Origin: Myxococcota bacterium
GTDB taxonomy: Bacteria > Myxococcota > XYA12-FULL-58-9 > JABJBS01
Assembly (NCBI GenBank): GCA_036339465.1
Contig: JAYZAY010000064.1
Span: 21,664 to 85,663, forward strand
Length of the DNA stretch: 64,000 nt
Direction of reading: 5' to 3'
Shown one piece after another: positions 9,743 through 18,970 of this stretch. Below the pieces are notes generated by a model. That model was not told the DNA's origin. It did not search any database and was given only the letters and a program-made list of their open reading frames with translations. Made by a program: the position numbers and the translations under genes. How positions within the stretch are numbered: the stretch's first letter is position 1; the number at the start of each line of letters is the position of its first letter.

Positions 9743-12700
9743 ATGGCAAAAAACGTTCTTGTTCTTAATGATGCCGACAACTCACTCGGTGAACTGATTC
9801 AGGCGCTGCAAAAGGCGGGCTATACAGCCTATTCTTCGGACAATGCGGACGCTTGCATTGATCTCTTCGATGAAATTAAGCCCAAAGCACTCTATATGAG
9901 CCTCTTAACCATTGGAGTACTCGATTCATTACAAGTCATTCGCATGGATCCCGACGGTGCGAATATCACAATTGCCTTTCTAGGAACCGGCAAAGAAGGC
10001 ATTAAGAATGACAAAGCAGCCAAAGCCCGTGGTGGCGATGCATTCTACAAATTCCCCCCCGACATCAGTTCAATCCTAGGAGATACCCGAAAATGGATCG
10101 GTGCTGGAGAAAAAGACGCGCCCCTACCCACTCTATCTGGTGGTGAACCACCACTCGAAGAAGCACCTCCCCCAACAGAAGAAGCCGTAGAACCACCCCC
10201 TGAAGAAACCGGAGCAGAAGAGACCCTAGCAGAAGCTGCCGACCAGCTTCTTGAGGAAATCACCGAAGAGCTGCCCCCCGCCCCCGAGCCAGAGGACTCC
10301 ACGGTTGCCAAAGCAACGGCCGAGTCAGCGCAAGAAGACGAAATTGTCCCGCTCGCAGAAAAGATCCCCAAGTTAGAAGAGACACCCTCCGAAAAAAAAC
10401 CTGGTGCTGAAGCTCCTTCGACAACAGATTCCTCGGCGACAGAAGACGCCGCAACAGTTTCACCAGCAACAGAAGACGCCGCACCGGACTCGCCAGTAAC
10501 AGAAGACGCCGCACCAGACTCGACAGTAACAAAAGCCGCCGCACCGGACTCGACAGCAATAGATTCGCCAGCAACAGAAGACGCCGCACCAGACTCGACA
10601 GAAACAGATTCGACAGCAATAGATTCGCCAGCAATAGAAGACGCCGCACCAGAAACTAGCACAGAAAGCCCAGAGTCAACGTCTGCTACCGAAACGCCTC
10701 CAAGAGAGAGCGGCACTGCATCAACTGAAGGCACGCCCACAACAGAACCGAGCGCCCCCACCGAAACAGCGCCCAGCCCTAAAGCGGAAGCCCAAATCCA
10801 AGAGCTAAAAGAAAGACTTGAGAAGGTTCAAAACGAACTGGGCGTTTTCAAACAGCTTGCAGAGGTCGCAGAACAAGACTTAACCTCTCAAAAAGAGCAA
10901 GTCGAAAAACTTATGGAGGACGTTTCAACTCTAGAATCCGACAAAGCCTCCTTAGAAGAAAAACGAAAAGAAGAAGAAACCCTAAGGCAAGTGAGCCATG
11001 AAGCCCTCGAAGAGTCCAAGAAAGCATCAATCGCAATCGCCGAACAATTAAATGATGAAACAAAACGACGTGAAGGACTCGAAAAAGAGCTCGAGAAATC
11101 AAATCAGGATATAGGAAAGCTGCGTTCGGAAATCTCCAACCTCCAGCAACATCAATCCCAACTAGAACATAGTCAGGCAAACACATCGGATTCCTTGAAT
11201 AAACTAAGAAATTCGCTCGAAGAAGAGCAAGCTAGAGCCCAAAAATCCCAAAAAGATGCCGTGGATACAATTCACTTCCTCAAAGAAGAACGGGAGAAAC
11301 TAACCCGAGAACTTGAAGACCTTCATCGCGACCTTAATTCAAAAAATGACAGGTCGCGCCTCAGAGAACAACAATACTCGCTGGAAAGAGAAAAAATCAT
11401 CACGGATATCCGTAAGCAAACCGAGGACAATATCCGAAATGAATTGGTACAACAGGCCCGGTACCGATCACTGTATAAAGAACTCCATCCAGAATGGGAT
11501 GGCGCCCCCCCGGATGTCATTCTCAGTGACTGGAGACAGGTAAAAACTGATATTTCTAGTCACAGACATTACGCCAATCCCGCTACCTCCAGTATGACCC
11601 CTCTTCACGGGGTCCCCCCTGTCCCTGGGCCATCACTCCCAGGACAACCGGAACGACACCCCAGGCCGGGTGACGAACTGACAGGCACTCAACTTAAAGC
11701 CCCCGTACCCAGCAACGGCCATCTAGATGGCCCCAACGATATTGCATTGCTCTTCACCAAGTTTTGGTGGGAACAAATAACAGGTCGCATTGATTTCTTG
11801 CGCGGCTCGGAACAAAAAGTAATCTACCTCCAAAGCGGTAAACCTATCGATGCTTACTCAAATCAGCCCGGTGATTCCCTAGCTCATTACTTAATGCGTC
11901 GAGGCAAACTTTCAAGAAATCAATATTTACAAGCCCAACCAATCCCGCCACGAGGCACCCGAACCCAAGCGGCCAGTCTAGCCGAAATGGGCCTACTCAA
12001 GCCCGAAGAACTGGTTGCATGCGTGTCTGATCACCTACGGGAAATTGTTTGGTCACTTTTCAGCTGGGAAAGTGGTGAATTCACTTATTATTTCGAAAAC
12101 CCAGATGGCTCGGAACTTAAGACAATTCCGGAAGATCCGCGAACCTTAATCCTCGAAGGTATTCGGAGAAAATATGAGTATCCAAGACAAACTGCGGTAA
12201 TCGGCCCATCAAGTACGGTGATGAAGTGGGCATCGGGCCAACCCGGAACGGTACCGTGGCTACCCAGTCAATTTCAAGATGCCCGGATTTTAAAACGCTT
12301 TGACGGCAAGCACACACTCTCGGACATAGTACTGGAAACCGGAATGCCCAGCGATATGATTTATCCGCTGGCAATCACGCTCTACACCCTTGGCACCCTC
12401 GAACTCAGAATCCGCGGTACAGAAACATCTCAAGTCACCATGGACCCGAAAATTCAGTCTATGGAGTTCTCTCGTATCCAGAATAAGCTAGAGGAAATAC
12501 GACAAGCCGATTATTTCACCATTTTAGGTTTAACCCCCAGAGCAACCCCATTTGAAATTGACGCAGCATTTCGTCAAGTAATGAATGACTTCTCCCCCAC
12601 CGCCTTTACGCCCCAAACCAGCGAAAAAGAACAGGGCAGCATGGCTGAAATTAGCCGAGGTATTCACGAAGCCTATGAAGTCCTAAAAAATGACCGCCTA

Positions 12701-12751
12701 CGGATGGCCTATGCCCGTAACCTCCCGGCCTCACAACCCTCCCGCCATTAA
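9743..12751 (+). CDS. Multidomain protein: receiver-like N-terminus, acidic repeat linker, coiled coil, DUF4388-like domain, DnaJ-like C-terminus
   Basis: Receiver-like start (VLVLND...LQKAGY); Glu/Lys/Gln heptads ~aa 350-570; ITGRIDF...LFSWESGEF...LILEGIRR (DUF4388-like); DYFTILGL...AYEVL...R (J-like). Confidence 0.75.
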   Translation: MAKNVLVLNDADNSLGELIQALQKAGYTAYSSDNADACIDLFDEIKPKALYMSLLTIGVLDSLQVIRMDPDGANITIAFLGTGKEGIKNDKAAKARGGDAFYKFPPDISSILGDTRKWIGAGEKDAPLPTLSGGEPPLEEAPPPTEEAVEPPPEETGAEETLAEAADQLLEEITEELPPAPEPEDSTVAKATAESAQEDEIVPLAEKIPKLEETPSEKKPGAEAPSTTDSSATEDAATVSPATEDAAPDSPVTEDAAPDSTVTKAAAPDSTAIDSPATEDAAPDSTETDSTAIDSPAIEDAAPETSTESPESTSATETPPRESGTASTEGTPTTEPSAPTETAPSPKAEAQIQELKERLEKVQNELGVFKQLAEVAEQDLTSQKEQVEKLMEDVSTLESDKASLEEKRKEEETLRQVSHEALEESKKASIAIAEQLNDETKRREGLEKELEKSNQDIGKLRSEISNLQQHQSQLEHSQANTSDSLNKLRNSLEEEQARAQKSQKDAVDTIHFLKEEREKLTRELEDLHRDLNSKNDRSRLREQQYSLEREKIITDIRKQTEDNIRNELVQQARYRSLYKELHPEWDGAPPDVILSDWRQVKTDISSHRHYANPATSSMTPLHGVPPVPGPSLPGQPERHPRPGDELTGTQLKAPVPSNGHLDGPNDIALLFTKFWWEQITGRIDFLRGSEQKVIYLQSGKPIDAYSNQPGDSLAHYLMRRGKLSRNQYLQAQPIPPRGTRTQAASLAEMGLLKPEELVACVSDHLREIVWSLFSWESGEFTYYFENPDGSELKTIPEDPRTLILEGIRRKYEYPRQTAVIGPSSTVMKWASGQPGTVPWLPSQFQDARILKRFDGKHTLSDIVLETGMPSDMIYPLAITLYTLGTLELRIRGTETSQVTMDPKIQSMEFSRIQNKLEEIRQADYFTILGLTPRATPFEIDAAFRQVMNDFSPTAFTPQTSEKEQGSMAEISRGIHEAYEVLKNDRLRMAYARNLPASQPSRH
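10438..10652 (+). repeat. Degenerate coding repeats (TEDAAPDS-type) in the acidic linker
   Basis: Recurring agaagacgccgcacc(g/a)gactcg units. Confidence 0.85.
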
Positions 12752-12852
12752 GTTTGGCGTCGACTTTTCACCAAAAAACGCTGAAGATATAAGGAGAACT
12801 TGACGCACTTAGCCGATGGTGTCATGGCGGTCGTTAAAGGAGTTTGCTAATC

Positions 12853-13437
12853 ATGGCGATACGAAAAATTTGTATTTGGCCGGATCCTGCCCTCGCAGAG
12901 ATTGCACAGCCCGTCACACAGTTTGATTCAGAGCTTAAAACACTCGTCTTAGATCTGTTTGATACCATGTATGAAGCGAACGGGGTCGGTTTGGCCGCAA
13001 CCCAGGTGGCCGTGAATTTAAGGGTGCTCGTAATCGACCTGGACCCCAATAACTCGGCCGAGGACGACCCAGAAGTTCAAGAGGAACTTGAGTCATTTAA
13101 TTACAACGGCCCAAAAGAATTTATCAACCCTGAAATCCGACGAAAAGAGGGTAGTCTTACCTGGGAAGAAGGTTGCCTCTCGGTCCCCGGCTATACCGAC
13201 AAAGTCGAACGAGCAGAACATGTAACCGTGCGCGCCCAAAACCGAGAAGGCGAAACATTTGAACTGGCTGCTTCTGGACTCTACGCCGTAGCCATTCAAC
13301 ATGAAATGGACCATCTCGTGGGTAAGGTTTTCGTGGAATATTCCTCCCGAATGAAACGCGACATGGCCAGGAAGAAAATGGTCAGACTGAAAAGCTCGGG
13401 CATCGATGACGGCGTGGTCGCCGCCGCCAACCTTTAA
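12853..13437 (+). CDS. def: Peptide deformylase
   Basis: GVGLAATQ, EGCLS, QHEMDH; aaaggag RBS upstream; adjacent to fmt. Confidence 0.97.
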   Translation: MAIRKICIWPDPALAEIAQPVTQFDSELKTLVLDLFDTMYEANGVGLAATQVAVNLRVLVIDLDPNNSAEDDPEVQEELESFNYNGPKEFINPEIRRKEGSLTWEEGCLSVPGYTDKVERAEHVTVRAQNREGETFELAASGLYAVAIQHEMDHLVGKVFVEYSSRMKRDMARKKMVRLKSSGIDDGVVAAANL

Positions 13438-13483
13438 ATTCAATTACCGACCACACAACTCAATCACAGGAATTCCTAAGTCC

Positions 13484-14446
13484 ATGAGTGCACCATTCCG
13501 AATGATAATGATGGGTTCACCTGATTTTGCCGTGCCCACCCTGAGAGAAATCTTAAAAGACCCCACAAAATTTGAAGTGATTTTAGTTATCACCCAACCA
13601 GACAAAAAGGCTGGTCGCGGCCGAAAAGTGTTGCCCTGCCCCATGGCCAAATTCGGCGAGAGTAAGGACTTGGTGGTCGCTAAGCCCAAGACCCTAAGAA
13701 ACAAGGACTTCCAAGAAGAGCTCAGGCAACTCAATCCCGACTTTATCGTTGTGGCAGCCTACGGTAAAATACTACCCCAAGAAGTTTTGAGTATACCAAA
13801 ATTTGGCTGCATAAATGTTCACGCATCCCTCCTCCCTCAATACCGGGGTGCATCCCCAGTCGCCCACGCAATTCTAGGGGGAGATTCAACCACTGGTGTC
13901 TCCATCATGGGGATGACTGAAGGCTTGGATGAAGGGCCCATCTTTGCAACAAACACGTGCAAAATCACGGACAACCATACCCGGATTTCTCTCACCCAAG
14001 AACTCGCAGAAATAGGCGCAAACCTACTTACCGACACCCTTCCCGCCATAGCCAATGGTACTCTTCAAGGAATACCTCAACCCGAACATGGTTCCAGCTA
14101 CGCCCGAAAAATCGACAAGCCCGATGGCCTCCTAGATTTCTCGAAGTCGGCCGTTGATTTAGAGCGTCAAATCAGAGCCTTCAACCCTTGGCCTGGTACC
14201 TTCACCTTCCTCAAGAACCAGAGAGTGAGAATCCATGCCGCAACCACTTCTAGTACCCAACACCCAGAACGGCCGGGTCACGTATACGCAATAGATAAAG
14301 CCGGTATCAGTGTAACCTGTGGTTTCGGCTCACTAAACATTACTCAAATCCAACCAGAAGGAAAGAAAAACATGGATGCATCCTCCTGGGTAGCGGGACG
14401 AGGAATTGCCGTTGGAAACTGCTTCGGTATGACGGCCGACGCATAA
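13484..14446 (+). CDS. fmt: Methionyl-tRNA formyltransferase
   Basis: MGSPDFAV, TQPDK..GRG, VAAYGKILP, INVHASLLPQYRGASP, RAFNPWPG. Confidence 0.97.
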   Translation: MSAPFRMIMMGSPDFAVPTLREILKDPTKFEVILVITQPDKKAGRGRKVLPCPMAKFGESKDLVVAKPKTLRNKDFQEELRQLNPDFIVVAAYGKILPQEVLSIPKFGCINVHASLLPQYRGASPVAHAILGGDSTTGVSIMGMTEGLDEGPIFATNTCKITDNHTRISLTQELAEIGANLLTDTLPAIANGTLQGIPQPEHGSSYARKIDKPDGLLDFSKSAVDLERQIRAFNPWPGTFTFLKNQRVRIHAATTSSTQHPERPGHVYAIDKAGISVTCGFGSLNITQIQPEGKKNMDASSWVAGRGIAVGNCFGMTADA

Positions 14447-14547
14447 ATAAAATCGTTTGCAGCAATCCAAGAAAGGCGATATCCATAGCTAATAAAGGGG
14501 CCAAAACTTGTTTTGTATCCCCGTCAACATTCCCGAGGCATCTTAAA

Positions 14548-14877
14548 ATGAGTGACTCTGATTTAAAAACATTTAAAATTGGTGATACCCATCAACCGAC
14601 GGTTGCTGCCTCTGCTTCCCATCGGGCATCACAAGCCGCAAAAGGGAAGCCAACCGTGGGCTTCCCTAGACTCGAAAAGCTATTGGAAACGGAAACGGCC
14701 GAAACCGTCGACACAAAAATGAACGCAATCTTAACCAATTTGGGCAATTTAGAATCCCAAGCCGACAGCCCCAAAGAAAAAGCGTGCGCTAAAAGAGCGA
14801 CAGCAGCAGTATCTCAAGCCCATGAAATGCTTATATTTCTTTACGAAACCAAAAGCCTGGTGACACCCGGTGGCTGA
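14548..14877 (+). CDS. Small helical protein; candidate YscE/PscE-like needle co-chaperone
   Basis: Two predicted helices (RLEKLLETE...LTNL; KRATAAVSQAHEMLIFL) resembling YscE as I recall it; first gene of the T3SS cluster, directly before the needle-like gene. Confidence 0.45.
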   Translation: MSDSDLKTFKIGDTHQPTVAASASHRASQAAKGKPTVGFPRLEKLLETETAETVDTKMNAILTNLGNLESQADSPKEKACAKRATAAVSQAHEMLIFLYETKSLVTPGG

Positions 14878-14989
14878 AAAAAGTCAAAGCCCCTGTATTT
14901 TTTAACCGAAAGCCTTCGGGCTTGCTAATGTCACTACGAGCGACGAAAATTCAACAAAGCTCAAAGAACTGAAACCACGGAGTTTTGCA

Positions 14990-15469
14990 ATGACAAACAT
15001 TAAGAACAATTCAATAGGCAACCAAGTAGACGTCAACAAAAGCCGTGCTCGACAAACACAGAATGCATCAAAGAGCTTTGCTTCAGCAGTAGCCAATACA
15101 ACTGCGGGGGTAGCACGCTCTGTGGGTGCCGTGGTACCTGGAGGCTCTATCTTAACTGCTGCAGCTAGTTCCATTCAAAACTCTGTCGGTTCACCTAACG
15201 CACGAAATGTAAGCTTGGCTGGAACAACTACAACATCCTCAACCAATGACACATTTTCCGCAGTCAACGAGCTCGCTGCAAGCGGCGACTCTTCTGCCAC
15301 AATGTTTAACGCTACCAAAGAGCTACAAGAACTCAACCAGCAATTTAACCTAGAATATTTGAATCTCCAGCAAGAAATGCAGGGAGAAAACCGAAAATTC
15401 AGTGCTATTTCTAACGTCATGAAAACCAAGCATGACACTGCCAAGGGTATGATTCAGAACGTACGATAA
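14990..15469 (+). CDS. Candidate T3SS needle/filament subunit (SctF-like) with a long Ser/Ala/Thr-rich N-terminus
   Basis: C-terminus YLNLQQEMQ...SAISNVMKTKHDTAKGMIQNVR matches the needle-protein terminal pattern (SNxxKxxxDxxxxIIQNxR); followed by a strong terminator. Confidence 0.55.
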   Translation: MTNIKNNSIGNQVDVNKSRARQTQNASKSFASAVANTTAGVARSVGAVVPGGSILTAAASSIQNSVGSPNARNVSLAGTTTTSSTNDTFSAVNELAASGDSSATMFNATKELQELNQQFNLEYLNLQQEMQGENRKFSAISNVMKTKHDTAKGMIQNVR

Positions 15470-15495
15470 TGCCAAACAGTGTACGTCGCTCACTC

Positions 15496-15539
15496 CAAAC
15501 GCCGCAGGTCGCTCATGCCACCTGCGGCGTTTGTGTTTT
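15496..15539 (+). terminator. Rho-independent terminator after the needle-like gene
   Basis: Perfect 14-bp stem caaacgccgcaggt / acctgcggcgtttg, 10-nt loop, followed by tgtttt. Confidence 0.85.
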
Positions 15540-15619
15540 AACGGTACCTGTTTTAAAATTCTCCTGAGACCGCTAACGCATCGACCAGTGAACTGGCCCC
15601 GACGTAAGGACTAATTTAA

Positions 15620-16042
15620 ATGACAGATACGATATCGGATATAATTCAAGGAATAGTTCCCATCGAGCAAAAAGACCTAAGTCTACTTCTGGAGATAGGT
15701 TATTTCTACCTGGAGTTACAGAAGTTTAAAGAAGCGGAGGAAATTTTTAATGGAGTCGCAGCTTTGATCCCTCACAGCGAAATCCCGCACATAGCCTTGG
15801 GACATCTTTATTTTTCCCAAGGTCACTTCAACCCCGCACTCAAAGCCAATAAAGCAGCCGTTCTGCTCAATACAGAGTCCGCGCCGGCCCACGCAGCTGT
15901 TGGAGAAGTCCTCTTCTTCCTAAAAAAACCGGACGACGCAGTGACCGCGCTCAATAAAGCAATCCAATGTTCACCAGAAAGCCCTGCCGCAGAATTCGCT
16001 CAAGCGTTGCTTCACGCGAATGAAGTCGGCGTATTTGGTTAA
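15620..16042 (+). CDS. Three-TPR protein; candidate YscG-like T3SS chaperone
   Basis: TPR patterns (GYFYLELQKFKEAEEIF, LGHLYFSQG, VGEVLFFLKKPDDA); located directly after the needle-like gene. Confidence 0.65.
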   Translation: MTDTISDIIQGIVPIEQKDLSLLLEIGYFYLELQKFKEAEEIFNGVAALIPHSEIPHIALGHLYFSQGHFNPALKANKAAVLLNTESAPAHAAVGEVLFFLKKPDDAVTALNKAIQCSPESPAAEFAQALLHANEVGVFG

Positions 16043-16062
16043 TCGGTTAGAAGGAGTGAGCT

Positions 16063-16536
16063 ATGACAAAGGTTGGGGGCGGACCCAAGCCGCCGGTTCA
16101 AGTACCCATTCATGAACAAACGGGTAAAGCAGAGGAGCAAAAAGAGACAGCTAAAGGAGACGCTAAGGGGGCCCAAGTTCAGCGAGACCGATTCGAGGCA
16201 TCTCGCTCTCCCCTAGCAAATCGCCTCCAAGCTCTCCAAGCACAACGGGGGACGGCCAAGCTACAATTCAGTAACGCTGAAATGGCCGAGTTGGTGAAAA
16301 CTTTCGGCGCGATCCTTAAACAGAACCCACAAGCAGACCGAAAAAAGAGAGCAAAATTGTTCGCGGAAGCATTGCTCAAGAAAAAGAAGAAATTTAAGAA
16401 ATTCTTCAGTTCTGCTGCAGAACAAGATCTCGAAAACCTCTTTGATGCCATAGCCGAGCAACTAGAGAGTTCACCTGTCTTTGCGCAGTTGGTTGACGAC
16501 GTATCCGAAGAGTCCATTAAATTCGCAGGGAGTTGA
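16063..16536 (+). CDS. Hypothetical protein in the T3SS cluster (disordered N-terminus, helical C-terminus)
   Basis: aaggag RBS; co-oriented; its stop lies 4 nt before the sigma-factor start. Confidence 0.7.
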   Translation: MTKVGGGPKPPVQVPIHEQTGKAEEQKETAKGDAKGAQVQRDRFEASRSPLANRLQALQAQRGTAKLQFSNAEMAELVKTFGAILKQNPQADRKKRAKLFAEALLKKKKKFKKFFSSAAEQDLENLFDAIAEQLESSPVFAQLVDDVSEESIKFAGS

Positions 16537-16540
16537 TATC

Positions 16541-17293
16541 ATGAGTGGTTCACCCAGCTCCAATGCTCCAAGTAAAACAACCCAAGGCAAAGGGGCCAAA
16601 AAGAACATGGATTTCACCAATTCAAGGGCTGTGGTAGAGCAATACACTCCCTATGTTCGGTCAATCGCCACCAAAGCAAGCAGAAATCTTCCACCCGACA
16701 TCGAACTTGATGACTTGGTCGGATATGGAATGGTCGGACTTCTCGAAGCAGCCCAGCGATTCGATCCAGAAGCGGGTGCCAATTTCATGACATTTGCGTT
16801 CTACAGAATCAGGGGGGCCGTGTATGATGGCCTTCGTAGCATGGGTTGGATGAGCCGCACAGAATACGCCAAGGCCAGATTCGAAGAACGAGCCAACGAA
16901 TATTTGGCCGCACTTGCCTTTGCCGAGGAAACAGGGGCTCAGGCTCCCGAAAATCCATTTGAAATTGCAGTGGAAGATTTGGCGGCGGCTGTTGAGGGTC
17001 TTGCTGCGGTATACCTTACCGCCATCGACGGAACGGAAGGACTCCAACTCGAAGATGATAAGAATCCCAAACCAGATGAGAAACTTGGACTTGAGCAAGC
17101 TCGATCTCTGGTTAGAAAGACAATTTCTAAGCTTGGTGGCCAAGAACGAACCCTAATGGAACTCTACTATTACAGTGAAATGAGTCTGCAAGAAGTCGGT
17201 GAAAAACTCGGACTCTCTAAAAGCTGGACAAGTCGGTTGCATAAACGAGTTATCGAAAAACTAAGACGGATATTGGATGACGAATTAGGCTAA
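16541..17293 (+). CDS. fliA: FliA/WhiG-family (sigma-28-like) RNA polymerase sigma factor
   Basis: Region 2 DDLVGYGMVGLLEAAQRFDP and YRIRGAVYDGLR; region 4 LYYYSEMSLQEVGEKLGLSKSWTSRLH. Confidence 0.88.
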   Translation: MSGSPSSNAPSKTTQGKGAKKNMDFTNSRAVVEQYTPYVRSIATKASRNLPPDIELDDLVGYGMVGLLEAAQRFDPEAGANFMTFAFYRIRGAVYDGLRSMGWMSRTEYAKARFEERANEYLAALAFAEETGAQAPENPFEIAVEDLAAAVEGLAAVYLTAIDGTEGLQLEDDKNPKPDEKLGLEQARSLVRKTISKLGGQERTLMELYYYSEMSLQEVGEKLGLSKSWTSRLHKRVIEKLRRILDDELG

Positions 17294-17419
17294 TTCTGTG
17301 ACCATGATCTCGGTAAACCCATTATCACGTAAAGGGGCTATAGAAAAGCAGCCATTTTACATCCAATGTGGGTACTAATTATGAACAATGAATCTTTGAT
17401 AAACGCTCGGAGGTAATCC

Positions 17420-17917
17420 ATGGACCCCGTCGGTGGTGGAATAGGCAAAGCAGCTGCGGCGCTTATGAAAGAAATGCAGCAGGTACAACAACAAGCCGAG
17501 CAAATGCAGGAAGCTCAACAAACACAGCAAGTTGACAGTGCACAATTTCAGCAAGCCATGCAAGATCAACAGGGCCCAGAGAACGTAAATAAGACCAACG
17601 CGGTACAACCCACTCCCCAAGGCTCAAGTATTCTCTCTCAAGTACACGCTTCAGGGGCCAGTCCCTCCCAAGCAATTGGGCAAACCGAAAGAGTCGAAAA
17701 GACTCAAGTTGCTCAAATGCTTGAAGGTTTAGCAGATGGGCAGCAAGAGATGAATAACATCATGGAAAAAGCTCTATCTGGCGATAAACTATCAAGCCAA
17801 GAACTCCTCGCCATGCAAGCTAAGATTTACCGATTTACCCAAGAAATGGAGATCACATCTAAAGTTGTCGAAAAGAGTACCAGTGGCCTCAAGCAAACCA
17901 TGAACACTCAGGTTTAA
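17420..17917 (+). CDS. sctI: T3SS inner-rod protein, YscI/HrpB-like
   Basis: C-terminus LSSQELLAMQ..IYRF..EMEITSKVVEKSTSGLKQTMNTQ; immediately upstream of sctJ; ggagg RBS. Confidence 0.7.
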   Translation: MDPVGGGIGKAAAALMKEMQQVQQQAEQMQEAQQTQQVDSAQFQQAMQDQQGPENVNKTNAVQPTPQGSSILSQVHASGASPSQAIGQTERVEKTQVAQMLEGLADGQQEMNNIMEKALSGDKLSSQELLAMQAKIYRFTQEMEITSKVVEKSTSGLKQTMNTQV

Positions 17918-18041
17918 TTCCCCTACTTTCTTTACGAAAGTCACCTCCCCCCCCCCTAACTAAGTTGCTTCAACCGCTCACCGAGGATAGCCCTTCCTAT
18001 AAGCGGAGAGGGTCCCGCCAGCGACTCCTAATCACAATTGG

Positions 18042-18947
18042 ATGGGACTAAAGATAATGCGACCAAAGCGACTTAGCCAAAAGATCAAGAATCGGAATCA
18101 TTACTTATCAAGACTCACCCTGCTCCTGGGCGCCATGACATTCTCCACTGCGTGTGCGCCAGAAACCATTATTCATGACATCGGTGAACGAGAAGCAAAT
18201 ACGATTCTTGAGCTCCTAGCCGACCACGATATTCAAGCAAATAAACTAATGAAGAGCGATGGCCGAACAACCAAATTTGACGTCCTAGTCAATTCAGATA
18301 AAGCTATGAGCTCTATTAGACTGCTCAATCAATACGAATTACCAAGACGTGCTGACAAAGGCTACGCTGACGTCTTTGGGGAAGGTGGCCTCATCCCTAC
18401 GTCATCAGAAGAAAAAGCCAAAGAACTGGCCGCGCTCGAAGGTGAAATTCAAAAGCAACTCAAATTGGTGGATGGTATCCTCGATACCGAAGTCAATCTG
18501 GTCATCCCTGAAAACAATCCACTGCGTAACAACGAAGAGCAACAACCTACCCCCACCGCAAGTTTGACCATCCGATACCTACCGGGTAAAGGCGGAAGTA
18601 AACCCATCACGGAACAACAAGTTCAGGTGCTTGTATCTGCGGCTGTCGAAAATCTAAGTGCGGACAAAGTCTTTCCGCTCATGACCCCTGTCACCATCGG
18701 CTACAAAACAGAAGGACTAAGGGATGATCGCGATTCAGTAAAAGGCTCATGGATAGGGCGACTCGATAAAAAGACAGTGAACATTTTAACCATCCTAATC
18801 ACCGTATTATTCGTCGTACTCGCAAGTCTACTTGTCGTTTCCCAATTACGACTAAATAACGTCCGCGGTCGCTTGCTCCGACTCCAAAACGAAATCGCCA
18901 ATGCACGGAAAAGACAGTCCGGGGACAGCCTGCCCCCAGCCAGCTGA
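18042..18947 (+). CDS. sctJ: T3SS inner-membrane ring lipoprotein
   Basis: Lipobox-like FSTAC, EREANTI, GGLIPTSSEEKA, GILDTEVNL, VSAAVENL, C-terminal TM helix; short YscJ type rather than FliF; exact start uncertain. Confidence 0.9.
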   Translation: MGLKIMRPKRLSQKIKNRNHYLSRLTLLLGAMTFSTACAPETIIHDIGEREANTILELLADHDIQANKLMKSDGRTTKFDVLVNSDKAMSSIRLLNQYELPRRADKGYADVFGEGGLIPTSSEEKAKELAALEGEIQKQLKLVDGILDTEVNLVIPENNPLRNNEEQQPTPTASLTIRYLPGKGGSKPITEQQVQVLVSAAVENLSADKVFPLMTPVTIGYKTEGLRDDRDSVKGSWIGRLDKKTVNILTILITVLFVVLASLLVVSQLRLNNVRGRLLRLQNEIANARKRQSGDSLPPAS

Positions 18948-18970
18948 CAGATTGCTAAAGGTTAAGTACG

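Noticed and set aside
10045..10761. 238-aa and 129-aa minus-strand repeat ORFs
   Set aside because: Antisense shadows of the low-complexity linker in the 1002-aa protein
17420..17917. HrpB helicase label sometimes attached to such proteins
   Set aside because: 165 aa with no helicase motifs; the similarity is to the T3SS HrpB/YscI inner rod
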